Source: Centroscyllium fabricii (taxonomy: Eukaryota). From it: a stretch of 64,000 nucleotides of DNA. A program made the position numbers and the translations under genes. The notes beneath the pieces were generated by a model that did not search any database, was not told the DNA's origin, and saw nothing but the letters and a program-made list of their open reading frames with translations. The stretch spans positions 82,088,001-82,152,000 of the forward strand of contig JBNRSN020000008.1 of the NCBI GenBank assembly GCA_051313645.2. Reading direction: 5' to 3'. Within the stretch, counting starts at the first letter, position 1. Each line of letters starts with the position of its first letter. Of this stretch, positions 50,184 through 63,762 are shown piece after piece.

Positions 50184-51418
50184 GAGATGATATAGATAGG
50201 TTAAGTGAGTGGGCAAAAATTTGGCAGATGGAGTATAATGTGGGAAAATGTGAGGGTATCCACTTCGGTAGGAAGAATAGAAAAGCAAAATATTATTTAA
50301 ATGGTGAGCGACTATAGAATGCTGCGGTACAAAGGGATATGGGTGTCCTCGGACATGAAACACAAAAAGTTAGCATGCAAGTACAGCTGGTAATTAGGAA
50401 GGCAAATGAAATGTTGGCCTTTATTGCAAGGGGGATGGAGTATAAAAGTAGGGAAGTCTTGCTACAACTGTACAGGGCATTGGTGAGACCACACCAGGAG
50501 TACTGCGTACAGTTTTGGTCTCATAGAAACTAGGAGCAGGAGTAGGCCATTTGGCCCTTCGAGCCTGCTCCGCCATTCAATGAGATCATGGCTGATCATC
50601 CAAACCCAGCACCCCGCCCCTGCCCTCTCCCCACATCCCTCGGTCCCTATATCGACACATATCCCACCTTATCCCTGTAACCCCACATATTCAATCCCCC
50701 TAACACTAAGGGTCAATTTATCCTGGCCAATCAACCTAACCCACACATCTTTGGACTGTGGGAGAAAACCGGAGCACCCGGAGGAAACCCACGCAGACAC
50801 GGGGAGAATATGCAAACTCCACACAGATAGTACCCGAGGCTGGATTTGAACCCGGGTCTCCAGTGCTGTGAGACAACCGTGCTAACCACTGTGCCACCGT
50901 GCCGCCCAAGTATTTAAGGAGGGATATACTTGCATAGGAGGCAATTCAGAGAAAGTTCACTAGGTTGATTCCTGGGATGAAGGGGTTGTCTTATGAAGGA
51001 AGGTTGGGCCTATACTCTTTGGAGTTTAGAAGGTGATCTTATTGAAACATTTAAGATTCTGAGGGGGCTTGACAGGGTAGGTGCTGAGAGGATGTTTCCC
51101 CTCATGGGGGAATCTAGAACTAGCAGGGCATAGTCTCAGAATAAGGGGTCACCCATTTAAGACGGAGATGAGGAGGAATTTCTTCTGAGGGTCGTAAATA
51201 TTTGAATTCTCTAACCCAGAGAGCTGTGGAGGCGGAGTCATTGAATATATTCAAGGCGGAGATAGACAGATATCTGAGCAACAGGGGAGTCGAGGGTTAT
51301 GGGGAACGGGCAGGAAAGTAGAGTTGAGGCCAAGATCAGATCAACCATGATCTTATTGAATGGCGGCACAGGCTCGAGGGGCCGAATGGCCTACTCCTGC
51401 TCCTATTATGTTCTTATG
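50184..51418 (+). mobile_element. CR1 3' fragment containing a V-SINE
   Basis: VIRKANEMLAFIARGMEYKSREVLLQLYRALVRP; typical CR1 3' end and TTCTTATG tail. Confidence 0.85.
50523..50907 (-). mobile_element. V-SINE (HE1-like), full length
   Basis: Same three-part structure as the other copies. Confidence 0.85.
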
Positions 51419-54400
51419 TAAATTACTGTCAATTAAGTTACTGCAATCAAACATTAAAGCAGTTATGGAAGAGAAATGATGAAATAGTTAGTTGAAGATT
51501 ATTCCTGAACATCGTGTTTGGCTCATGCAGACTACTTTTGATTTTAACATGCTTGTTTTTTAAATACAGACAAAAATGTGCATGGAACAGGCTTGAGGGG
51601 CTAAATGGCCTACTCCTGTTCCTATCTTCCCCTGTTCCTATGAGCTCATAAAAAAAAAATTGCAACAACAACAACAAGAGTCACTTTCAGAATGATGGCC
51701 TGGATTTATGATCTCCTTCTGAAAGGCCTCGCACGTTCCGAGTTTCTGCATGCGCGAATACCCGGAACTTGCGATCTGTCAAGGTACGCCTTCGCAGATC
51801 ATCCGAACTGACTAGAAATTCACTTTCGCTGGCGCAGAGTTGGGCTTGCCCAATGACTGCCCAGCAATTGCTCACGAAACTCTTAGCCTGGTAAAAGCCT
51901 GTTTTCATAAGAACATAACATAAGAAGTAGGAGCAGGAGTAGGCCATACGGATCGTGGCTGATCCGAACTTAGACTGACGTCCACTTCCCTGCCCGCTCC
52001 CCATAACCCCTTATTCCCCTATCAGTTAGGAAACTGTCTATCTCCATTTTAAATGTATTTAGTGTTGCAGCTTCCACAGCTCTCTGAGGTAGTAAATTCC
52101 ATCGGTAAGGGTTATTATAAATCTTAAATTAAAAACATTTAAATAAAAAATGATGCACAAACACTGGCCCAGATTAAAATGTTTAAAATTGTTTCAAAAA
52201 ATTTCATTGTTATTGTATTTGCTGTAATGAAGGGACTTTTAATTAAATTTGAAAATCAGAACATTTATTTTAATTACAGTCGTCTAAATTATTTAATTAT
52301 TTGGGGATTCCAGTAGGGTTTATGGGGATTTGTTCAGAAATGGAATCCTCCTTTCTTATTGGAGGACCTGGCCCATGTAATCCCAGGAACGCTTCTGAAC
52401 CGCCTAGGATCCATGGGCCTTTATTCCAGTCTTATTACACTTTGGTTGAAAAGTTCCATTTAATTTCCTTTCTTGCATCAAACATCCAAATTCCTGATTC
52501 TAAGTGTGTCCCTGGTATTTAAAGCCTTCACCATAGTGAACAAATTATTTGGATCACTTTCATCAATTTTCTCTCAATCTTGAATTTCAGTTAGGGCACC
52601 ACAAAGTTTCATCTTCTCCAAAAGGAAACAAGTACAACCTCAAACAGTTTTCCTCCAACTTAAATTCCTGATACCTGGAATCATACGTGTATGCTCCTTT
52701 ATATATCTGTCAATTGCAATAATACCTTTCCCATAATTGGTTTACCTGAACTTCACAGATGAGGTCTGACCAGTGCCATACATAAATAAAAATCATTTGT
52801 ATTGATTTCAAGTGTTGCTCCATCTATTTCCTCGGTCTTGTTACTGCAAAAGATGATGGGGTAGATTTTCCCTCTATACGGTTTTTGGACGGTTGGCCGT
52901 CCGATAGTACCGGCAGGAGGCTCAGTATATTTTGAGGGCCGGTCCTTATTAACATAGAGCCGCCCAGTTGAACACGAAAATGGTATCCGGGTCCTATTAA
53001 TGTCGTAGTGTGGGGAACTGAAAGTTAACCACTTTAAATATCGAAGAATTAGAGGTAAACAGCGGAGCAAACTAAAACACGTCTTTATTCAGCAACAACT
53101 ACACGAACTAACTCTTTGTGGCGCGAAACGGCAGGAAACCATGTGACTCGTGAGTGACAGCGCTATGGGCCTATTAGGTTCCGTGCCCGTTGATTCTATG
53201 GGCCAATGTGGCAACGGGGGCAGGACCAACCTACCAAAGAGGATTCTGTCTTAAAGCGAGGTTGACTGTCCCAGGCTACTGCCTTAAAGGGAGACAGGCG
53301 TGCCTCCCTGGGCAGTTACGCTACACACGCCCCCCCAGAATCATCAAACACGTGGTATGTTAAGCACCGAGGAGGGACGATGCAGCGACCGGAGCGGGTG
53401 TGGTAAGGCGCAGGTGCGGAGGGCAAGACAAGAGGGTTGTCAACCGGGCCGGGCGACCGCGGCGCTGCAGGGGCCGGGGGAGGCGAGGCAGGCGGATCGC
53501 CCGCGGGACTGAAAGACGAAGGCGCCGTAGGTGCCCGAGGAGGCGAGGTTGGGAGAGGAGCTGTACCCGGGGGCGTGGCAACTAAGGTGTCAACCGGGGG
53601 CTTGTGAAAGAAAAAGATGGGCTCCTGATTAGGAGCGGGGAAATGATGCTACTGTGAGGTGGGGTCCAAATGAGCCAGTTTGAGGCGGTCAATGGACACA
53701 CGGTCCTGCCGGCCCCCGACCTCAAGGAGAAAAGATTTGTCCCCAGCCTGCAACACCCAAAAAGGGCCTGTGTACGGTGCCTGTAAAGGCGATCTGTGGG
53801 CGTCATGACGCGCAAAGACAAATTGAGCCCGGTGGAGCTCAGCGGGGACATGAGACGGTTGCGCGCCATGCCGAGAGGTAGGCACCGGGAGGAAACTAAG
53901 CGCCGCGTCATTGTGCTGGGCAAGTTGCTCCCTGGCAGGCCAGTGTTCAGTGGTGGAGGGGAGAAATTCCCCAGGGATGCGTAGGGGCTGTCCAAAAACA
54001 AGTTCGGCAGACGAAGTGCCGGGGTCGTCTTTGGAGGCCGAGCGCAGACTAAGCAAGACCAAGGGGAGCCTGTCTAGCCAATTAGTGTCCACCAGGCTAG
54101 CCCTGAGCGAGGCCTTGAGGGCGCGGTGAAAGCGTTCACAAATGCCGTTGGCCTGCGGGTGATATGCAGTGGTGCGGTGCACCTACGTGCCCAAGTTGGT
54201 GGCCACTGCATTCCAGAGCTGGGAAGTGAATTGCGGGCCCCTGTCGGAAGTAATGTCTGACGACACGCCGAACTGGGCTACCCAAGAGAAAATGAAGGCA
54301 CGTGCAACGTCGGCTGCCGTGGTGGAGGCTAAAGGGACAACCTCTGCCCATTTGGTGGTGCGGTCGATGACCGTAAGAAGATGGGTGAAACCCTGCGACG

Positions 54401-56927
54401 GGGGCAATGGGCCGACCAGGTCCACGTGGACATGGTCGAAGCGCCGTTCAGGTACAGAAAAATCGTGCAAAGGGGCCTTAGTGTGTTTATGAACCTTGGC
54501 GCTCTGACAGGCTTGACAAGTGTTGGTCCAGTCACGCACATCCTTGTGTAACCCGGGCCAAACAAATTTGGTTGACATGAGCTTCTGTGAAGCTCGCATA
54601 CCAGGGTGCGAGAGACCGTGGACCAAGTCAAAAATGCGTCTACGCCAGGAGGCGGGTACTAAGGGCCTAGGTGTGGGCACAGACACGTCACACAAAAGTG
54701 TGGTGCCCGCAGTGTGAAAATGGACATCCGCCAACTTGAGGGTAGTGGATGTGGAATGGAGAGCTTGCAGATCCGTGTCCTGCCGCTGAGCATTTGCCAT
54801 TTTGGCATAGTCAACGCCCACGTGCACTGCCTGTAGGGAAGGATGGGAGAGGCAGTCTGCCACGACATTGTCCTTGCCGGTGAATTCTGACACGAAGTTT
54901 AAATGACGCTGTTGGCATCCGGACCAAGGCTCTGCCACCTTGGACATCGCGAAAGTGAGGGGCTTATGGTCTACATAGGCTGTAAAAGAACGACCCTCTA
55001 AAAGAAAGCGGAAATGGCGCACAGCGAGAAAAAGAGCTAACAGTTCCCTGTCAAAGGTACTGTATGAGAGATCATTTTTCCTCAACTGCCGGCTATAAAA
55101 GGCCTGGGGCTGCCAACAACCGTCCACCCACTGCTGCTGAACGGCGCCAATTGCGTAATCGGAGGCACCCGTTGTCAGTGACAGTGGGGCATCTGGAACG
55201 TGGTGAACCAGTAAGGTGGCCTCCGACAGGGCCGCCTTAGCCAGGCAGAAAGCCTGAACCATGTCGGCGGACCACAGGAGAGGATCCTTCCCGGTCTTAC
55301 CCCTAGTAGCCTCATAAAGGGGGCGCATGATGGAGGCTGCCCGGGGAATAAACCTGTGGTAGAAATGAACCATCCCCAGGAATTCCTGGAGGGACTTAAC
55401 CACCTTAGGTCGGGGGAAATCCGCAACCGCCTGTACCTTGGAACGCATGGGGATAGCTCCCGCCGGGGACATATGGTGTCCCAGGAAATCGATTGTAGGG
55501 AGGCCGAATTGGCACTTGGTAGGGTTGACAATCAGGCCATGCTGGGCCAATCGTTGGAAGAGAGAGCGCAGGTGTAGGACATGTTGAGGCTCGCTCGCGC
55601 TTGCAATTAAAATATCGTCCAAGTATACAAACAAAAAATCTAAGTCTCTTAACACACTATCCATCAGCCGCTGAAAAGCTTGCGCTGCGTTCTTCAGTCC
55701 AAAAGGCATGCGTAGGAACTCGTACAGTCCAAATGGTGTAATGACAGCAGTTTTTTGGACATCATCAGGGTGGACGGGGACTTGGTGGTACCCTCGCACG
55801 AGGTCAACCTTGGAAAAAATGGTGGTGCCAGCCAAACGGGCTGAGAAATCCTGGATGTGGGGTGCTGGATACCTATCCAGTGTGGTAGCCTCATTGAGGC
55901 ATTGATAGTCCCCGCACGGTTGCCAACCTCCTCCGAGCTTGGGGACAATATGGAACAGGGATGACCACGGGCTGTTGGAGGACCTAACGATGCCCAACTT
56001 CTGCATTGCCGAAAATTCCTGTTTGGCTACGGCCAACTTGGTAGGGTCGAGGCGTCTGGCTCATGCGAAGACTGGTGGTCGAAATATGGTGCAGAGCGCC
56101 GTGTTCAGTAGCTCCTTCCGAGAAAGTCGGTTGTGTGATGACGGGAAATTCAGCCAGGAGACTTGTGTACTTATCGCTGGGTAGCGGGGAGCAAGAGCTC
56201 GCGAGCGGGCCATCGCTACTCTGACAGGGGAGCGATGCAAAAGTGGATGCGTCCATCAGGCGCTTGCCGCGGACGTTGACCAGTAGGCCGTGTGCACAGA
56301 GGAAGTCCGCCCCCAATAATGGGTGTGCAACATTTGCAATAACAAAGTCCCATGTGAAGCGTTGTCTGCCTAGCATAATTTCTGCCCACCTCTTGCCGAA
56401 CGTGGCGATGGACGCGCAGTTGACTGCAACGAGAGGTGGGCCCGTGTGGCCAGACCATCGTTCAGTACGCGTGGCCGGTAAAATGCAAAGTTGGGCCCCA
56501 GTGTCGCAGAGAAATTTGCGATTTGATAAAACGTCGGTGACGTAGAGTAGGCGGCCTACTGTGCCTATGGCATTAGCAGCAGCTGGACCCTGGCGACATT
56601 GCGGTTTGGGAGAGCATGGTTTAGGCCGGCTCTCCTTGTTGTCGAAGGCACAGGGTGGTCAACAGCGGTTGGCCTTTGCACCAAAGCGCGCGTGGTAGAA
56701 GCAGAGCTCTGTTTGCGGGCAGGCCGTTGTCTGCTGTGCAGGAGTTGAGGGCTTCGCGGTGGCACACTTGGAGGGCGCGCATTGGCATACCCGATCCGCT
56801 GCGGCTGCCAGTTCTGCATAGTCATCGGTGTGCACGTTTGCCAACGCAGATTGCACGGGTTGGGGCAGGAGGCTGACAAAGAGTGCCCGGAATAAAGGGC
56901 AGTTTCTGTGGTCGCCCAGCAGGGCGA

Positions 56928-58613
56928 TGTAAAAGTTCGCAATTACCGCGATTCAATAACCACAGGAGAAGCCAGTTTAATTGAACATTTTATTAGACAA
57001 AATGGCTGCAACACAGAAAAGGGCTGCGGCTCTTTGAAAGAGGAGAGAGAGAGAGGGGCCTCTAAGATGGCCATCAGACCTCGTGACCAACCGACCAGAA
57101 CTTTCCAGTACATTTCCCGAATTCCAGTAACTGCCGTCCAGACAACATTATGTATTGGCTTTGCAAAAGCCCGCGAAAACCCACCAGCGCCCAGACATGT
57201 AGGCGCTGAGGAATGACACTTCTTTTAAGATTAAACAAAGTCCTACCCGAAACCGATCGCCTGGCCCGTTTAGGCAGACAATGGGGCACATTTTTAACAA
57301 GTTTAAATATAACACTGCCAGAAACCAATTGACTGGCCCGGTTAGCCAGACAATAAAACATCACTATCTTTCAACAGCAAGGCCATCCGGCCCCATCAGT
57401 ACACCATTAGCATAACTACCCGACAAAGGAAAAACACTTCACGGGTAGTTGGGACCGTTCTCGGGCAATCCCGGAACGAGTTAACGGACAAAGGAGGTTT
57501 CAGAGCCATCACTTTTACAAAGACTTATCATGATTTGGGCGGGAGATAAGCCCACATTTTCAATAATATAACAAGACTACAGAGTCCAGGCAGTTCAGTT
57601 CAGACCAGTTCGGGGAGTGCAAGCTCTGCAGAGAGCAGTGTTCACACACGAAGGTGCAGTTCGTGTTCCAGTTCCAGTTCGTTCGAGTACGCAGTTTCAG
57701 AGACACAGTTCGGCAGTTGAGTTGAGTTCGGGATGGGGCAGTGCAGCCCGACGGGATGATCTAGCGAACGGAGAGAGAGCGGGTCGGAAGAGAGCGAGAC
57801 GAATGTTCGATAGAGGCAGACAGTCACAGATCGGCTCGATAGTGCAGGCCGGCTCGACACAGGGCCCGGTTCAGCGAGGAAGACAGCGCAGTCCAGTGCG
57901 CCACACGGCAGGAGTTCCCGAAGGAAGGTAGAGAACGAAGGCCGGTTTCAACACAGGACGGCCTTTTCTTTTGAATTTTACCGATTACTACACGACAAGA
58001 GCGTGTCCCCGCATCTTGTGAAACCTGCCCGGGGCCAGCCCGAGCAGAGCCAACCGCCGCCGCGAGGGAGAAGTAAACAAGTGATCTCCCGAAGCTTCCA
58101 CAGCCACGTGACAACCAGAGCTGCAACGGAAAGAAACGAACCTCGTTGCAATACCCCGAGTTTAGCCGAGTGGTGAGCATGTTTCCCGATCCTACACACC
58201 TGGACATAGTTTAGGCATTAGAGGGGAGGGTGGTTTTTAATAGGGTAATCAGTAATGTATTGCCCCTTTTCGATGTGTCGTGTATTCCCCGTTTGCGAAG
58301 GAAACAGTTTTATAGAGATTTATATTTTTTGATATTGTCGTTCAAGTACAGAACGTGTATGTCCTAACCTGATGATGTATTTTATTATGGTGATTGCAGC
58401 GCAATAAAGATCCATTTAAACTTTTGTCCAAGCCAAGTCTGATCGAGTCGTTTTTCTCTGCATTACTCCTTCCTGCACCTAAGTCCAGCGTATAGAACCG
58501 TAAGGGCGAGTGGGTCGAACCACTCACGGGTGATCATTGCGTGAGGCCTGGCCGGAGACCAGAGCAAGGCAATAGGACCCTAGGTCGCGAAAGCACGGCG
58601 CAAACTCCTTACA
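56928..58613. mobile_element. 1686-bp solo-LTR-like insertion in the CsRN1 gag, TSD GCGA
   Basis: TGTAAAAGTTCGC...GCAAACTCCTTACA imperfect inverted termini; removing it restores gag RMLA|LLGDH; no recognisable coding domain. Confidence 0.85.
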
Positions 58614-58988
58614 GCGAGCATACGGTTCATCAACCGCGTGGGCGAAGAATCGCCTAACATCGGGAGTTCCAGTAGTTGTCGGGCCCGAACGGCCTCTGGT
58701 AGGTCGTGGGCCTGCAGTAAACGTTTAAGAGCGGCGTAACTGTCGGCAGCTGGCGGGTCTCGAAGCAGGTCGATGATGTCGGCAGCCACATGACTCGGTA
58801 GGGCCGCAACGGTGAGAAAGTATTGATCCTCATCGTCCGCGATGTGTTTAATCCTGAACTGCGCCTCTATTATCGAACCAGGCTGTTGCCTGGTTTTCCC
58901 AAAAGCCTGGGAGGCTTGCATTCAACGGCCGTTCTTGTTGCCTGGCCGCGGAGCGCACGTTCTGGGCAGCTGTTTCTTCATCTGCCAT

Positions 58989-59000
58989 TCGGGGTCACCA
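58989..59000 (-). promoter_or_regulatory. Primer-binding site complementary to the tRNA-Trp 3' end
   Basis: TGGTGACCCCGA two nt (AT) after the 5' LTR; gag ATG follows at 58988. Confidence 0.85.
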
Positions 59001-59978
59001 ATTGTGGGGAACTGAAAGTTTCCCACTTTAAATATCGAAGAATTAGAGGTAAACAGCGGAGCAAACTAAAACACGTCTTTATTCAGCAACAACTACACGA
59101 ACTAACTCTTTGTGGCGCGAAATGGCAGGAAACCATGTGACCCGTGAATGACAGCGCTAAGGGCCTATTAGGTTCCGTGCCTGTTGATTCTATGGGCCAA
59201 TGTGGCAACGGGGGCGGAACCAACCTACCAAAGAGGATTCTGTCTTAAAGTGAGGTCGACTGTCCCAGGCTACTGCCTTAAAGGGAGACAGGCGTGCCTC
59301 CCTGGGTAGTTACGCTACAGTAGAGTCCCGAGTTAAATACCTAAATCAGTTGTGTGCTTGTCTCGGGGGGCCACCTATTCTGAAGACCCTGGAAAAGTGG
59401 TGAAGGTCACAGCGCTGGTGGGAACAGGGAGGTAAGTCATTCCTCATCATTTCTGGAGTGTGACTACCCTGTTTCCGTCCAGTGGATAGCGTCTAAACCT
59501 CTCCTCATGACTGCAAGTCCAATTCTTCTTGTGCAAAGCCAAATTTTACCTAAAAGCAAAATAAAGATTTTAATTATTTATACTCCTGCCTAAATTAAGG
59601 CAGAAATTAAGCCCTGGCAGAAAATAATTTACTTTTTTTATAAAGAAGGACATATTCTGTATCCAATGCACCACTGTACACATGCTAGAAGGTAGTGATT
59701 TAAATACAGGCTGCGTATTCATTTCCATGTATCGGCAGGAAATTATTTTAATTGTTTAATGTTGTGGTGCAAGCTGCTATAAATTACTCTATATAACTGA
59801 CATGAACAAAATAAAGGGGAAATGATGTCTGTTGTTTACATTCCATATTCTACAGGCTTAATTTGTTTGATAGATTTCAACATTCAGCCAATGATGAATG
59901 GTGTTTAAGCTCTTTGAGGATGTAAAGTTCAATTCTCGTTTTTAATCATACATTCTTTTCTTTTTTCTCTCGGTGCAG

Positions 59979-60095
59979 CTGCGAAGACGTGCTCTAGTCA
60001 GCAGTATACTTGCACAAATGGAGAATGCATCCCAAAAGAGTACATGTGCGACCATGTCGATGACTGCACTGACAAAATCGATGAAAGAGATTGTC
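59979..60095 (+). CDS. LRP2: LRP2/megalin-like internal exon (equivalent to exon 4), LDLa repeat 3
   Basis: Polypyrimidine tract then gtgcAG|CT...TGT C|GTAAGT, 117 bp, phase 1-1; [39 protein letters not shown]. Confidence 0.9.
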
Positions 60096-60898
60096 GTAAG
60101 TCCTTGATTCCTTATACTGCATTTCCTTCAGCCTTTGTTCCTGTGGCATTTTAGTCAGCTTGTAAGATTAAGGGGCTCACTGATGGAAGGAATTGGCCAC
60201 AATATGCTTCTTGTTATCTGAAATTTGCAGCAGATTCTTCAATGGATTAGAGCAGATATTTAAATACAGATATGTGATTGCAGTGACTTGCTTGGTCCTG
60301 TTAGTGTTACTGATGGCTGTCATTAAGTTGGTCAGATGACTTGAGAGTGCTAATGGAAGCAAACCAGCTGTGGTTCTGTATTTTGAATTTATGTATATCA
60401 TTGTTGATGGCACTATTTGGTGTGATTTGACTGGTTGCATATTCCACATTTAGGCCAGTGTAAAATGCTAGATTACATCCACTTGAGTCTATTAGAAGGA
60501 GTGTGATGGGCCTCTGTGTTTGGAGCTTCAATTTTTATTTCATGCATAGCTGAATTTTAAGGTTTCCAAAGTCAAAATAAACAAAAAGCGATCATGTATA
60601 ACAAACTGTAGCATACTGGGGTGGGAACATATCCCCCTTCTGCAATTATTCCCATTAAGTACCATGTACTGTACCTGGCAAAACATTCCTCTAATACAAT
60701 TACAACTAGAGGTTTGATTGTCATGTCATTGTAAAGGTTAACCACATTCATTCATGTCATATAGGTATGAAATCATTCAGCTTAAATTATTGTTCTGACT
60801 TTGTAACACTGAGCTTATAGCAGTGATTTTACATTAGTCACTTGGCCAAGTTCCTGTATTGTAATTGTTAACGATTACATACTGCAAAAAAATGTATT

Positions 60899-61736
60899 GG
60901 GCCAGAATTTCGGGTGCCTCAAACCAGATGCCCACGCACGAACGGGTCCAAAATGCCCCGTGCGATGAACGCACGGGAGATGCCCACGGATCCGAGATTT
61001 CCGATGTGGAGGGAGAAGGGCCCTCAGCATCAAACGCAGGAGTGAGTTGCACCCAGAATTTGGGCTCCAAAAGGATGATTTTTGGTCAGTGATTCTGTGG
61101 GCAATGGGCCCACAAGCTGCACGGGAGAAAACCAGTTGTCACTCGTGCGTGACGGAGTAAAATGCATTTTTAAACAAGGTAAGTTATTTTTTGACCTTTA
61201 ATTTTAAGTTTTAACAGTTTTGGGGAGTAATGTGGCCAGATCGGTATCAATAAATTTGGATGTTAAAGTTTTAAAAAAAAAATTACAAATCCGATTTTGA
61301 ATTGCTATACCTATTCCAAATCGCTAATTTTTAAATTTAGAGTTCTGAAATTTTTAACTAATTTAGTGAAGTTAAAAAACGAAGAGAAAAAATCGCTGAC
61401 TTACCTTCGGTCAAAAGCTGGTCTGGCCGCGCTGCTCACTGCCGAGTCTGTGAGTGCAGCGCCTCACGTCCCTGCTCTCTAAAAGGTCCGACTCGGGATC
61501 TGTGGGCGTTTTTTAATTTAAATTGGGGATCTGTGGGCGTTTTTAAATTTAAATTAGGGATCTGTGAGCGGGGCATACACTGCGCTCCTAGCGTGGCTGG
61601 ACTGCCACGTTGCGCAGGAAGGGGGCGGAGCCGAGCCGAAATGCTGGGAGTAAAAAAAGTGCGATGTTGGTGCGGTTCATTAGGGATCCGCATGGTCCTA
61701 GTTCCCCACCAACCGGCAAACCCGAAATTCTGGCCC
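60899..61736. mobile_element. Harbinger-type MITE, TSD ATT
   Basis: Perfect 17-bp TIR GGGCCAGAATTTCGGGT / ACCCGAAATTCTGGCCC; ATT on both sides. Confidence 0.85.
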
Positions 61737-61911
61737 ATTATTTATTGTGCTCAAATACATTTTTATAAACAAAGTAATATCAGTAAGCAATCCCAGAGGC
61801 TAATATATTTATTTCTTCCCAACGAGTTGCTGTTTGACATTAAATGATGTTAGTTGAAAAATTTGAGGGTTTCAGATATTAGAGGTTTTGAAGCAAGAAA
61901 AAAAAATCCTC

Positions 61912-62613
61912 CAATTCAATTCAAGTTTTATTGTCATTGCAGAGTACTAGTACAATACAACGAGACGAAGACTCGACGCTCCCGAGAGTAGTGCAAATAA
62001 ATTACATGCAAATTGCATACAGTAAAGTACATTTTCAGGTGTGCAGGTACCAGAGTTTATTTTTAGAGTTCAGGAGGCTGACAGCCCTGGGGAAGAAGCT
62101 GTTCTTAAATCTAGTTGTGCGGGTGCGAATTGATCTGTAGCGTCTCCCGGAGGGCAGGGGGGCGAACAGACTGTGGCTGGGGTGTGTGGGGTCTTTAATA
62201 ATGTTCAGAGACCTCCGTTGGCAGCGTTTGAGGTAGATGCTTTCAATTGACGGTAGCTGGGTGCCGGTGATTCGTTAGGCAGTTTTGACTACCCGCTGCA
62301 GGGTCTTCCGGTCCGAGATGGTGCAATTTCCATACCAGACTGTGATGCAGCTTGTCAGTATGCTTTCGATTGTGCAGCGGTAGAAGTTGGAGAGGATGCC
62401 GGATGACAGCCTGGCTTTCTTCAGCTTCCTTAGGAAGTACAGGCGCTGTTGGGCCTTCTTAACCAGAGAGGAGGTGTTTAGTGACCAGGAGAGGTCTTCC
62501 GAGATGTGGACCCCGAGGTACTTGAAGCTGGACACCCTTCCCACCTCAGCCCCTTGGATGAAGATGGGGGTGTGTCTTCTGCTTTCAGTCCTCCGGAAGT
62601 CCACTATGATCTC
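61912..62613 (-). mobile_element. Rex1/Babar LINE 3' fragment
   Basis: DFRR...FKYLGVHISEDLSW...KKAQQRLYFLRKL...FYRCTIESILTSCITVWYG; (TTGAA)n tail. Confidence 0.88.
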
Positions 62614-62639
62614 CTTAGTAATACCAAGAGGTATTGGTT

Positions 62640-62980
62640 AACGTAGTTATTATAAAACCATTCTTGGGAGGTCTAATATGGAAAGACAGTATACTATAAA
62701 TGGCCCGGTTTTGAAAAGTGTGGATGAACAGCCCATGTGCTGTCCATGTACACAAATCCTTAAAGGGGGCATGGCAAATTGATAAGGTGGTTAAATATGC
62801 ATATGGGTTACTTGGGTTCATAATGAAATTAATAGAATATAAAAGCAAAGAGATCATGTTAGAACTTTATAAATCACTGGTTAGGCCTCAACTGGAGTAT
62901 TGTGGACAATTCTGGGCACCACACTTCAGGAAAGACGTAAAGGCCTTAGAAATGGTACTGAGGAGGTTCACCAGCCTGGA
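62640..62980 (+). mobile_element. Old CR1 fragment
   Basis: IEYKSKEIMLELYKSLVRPQLEYCGQFWAPHFRKDVKALE. Confidence 0.75.
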
Positions 62981-63650
62981 CTATAAGTTGATGATTATGA
63001 GCATGAAGATATATTGTGTCAGTTATATTTAGGTTGTAAATATGGCCTCTAAGCTTATAATCATGTCTTCTGGTTTTCTTGTGTTAGTTTCACACCAAAT
63101 ACATCTTTGCATTCACCTTATTGATTATCCTCAAGACTCAATTATTTAAACAAAAAAATTGCATCCTGTCTTCCTCTGTTAATAGTTCACTATTCTAAAA
63201 CCCAGAATCCTTTTTGAAGCACTGCTTAGAATTCTATCCACTGTCTTTGTCTTTTTGTGAGTATGGTGACCAAACTAGATGCAATGCTTTATTCTTAAAT
63301 TGCTTGTGATTGGCATCATCTTATCCTCCTTTGAAGATATTAATAACACTTGCACAGGGGCGAGGCATGATTTGGGGAATTGCATCTAAAAGAAAGAGGT
63401 TGGATATGACCAAAAGGTGTAAAAAAAATCATATTTCTCCATTTCAAACATGCTGTTTAAAAAACCACTGCTTTAAAAAAAATGCACTTAGCATAAATCA
63501 TGAATCGCCAGCTTACAGGAAACTCTCGTTTAAATGGCACCTCAATATCCAGAATTCTCTATTAACCAGCAAAATTCAGGAGTAAGTTCAGATAAGGTTT
63601 ACTTCATATTAGTAGCCGTTCCTGGATCTGTGGCTGTGTAATTGGGTACC

Positions 63651-63762
63651 TGCACCCGTTGCTAAGCAACAGGGAAGCCTGGATTTGTTCTTGCACCTGT
63701 TGCTAAGCAACAGGGAAGCCTGGATTTCTTGCGGTCGATCTTGCACCAACAGGGAAGCCTGA
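63651..63762. repeat. Short tandem repeat (41-bp unit, about 2.5 copies)
   Basis: TGCACCYGTTGCTAAGCAACAGGGAAGCCTGGATTT at 63651 and 63692, plus a partial third copy. Confidence 0.8.

Larger units (their letters stand above)
53009..59319 (-). mobile_element. CsRN1-clade Ty3/Gypsy LTR retrotransposon, TSD GTAG, decayed
   Basis: 317-bp LTRs 59003-59319 (5') and 53009-53325 (3'), about 12 differences; 4-bp TSD; Gag CFYHARFG..A..C motif; RT YLDD; integrase with GPY/F module (PYTGPF). Confidence 0.93.
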
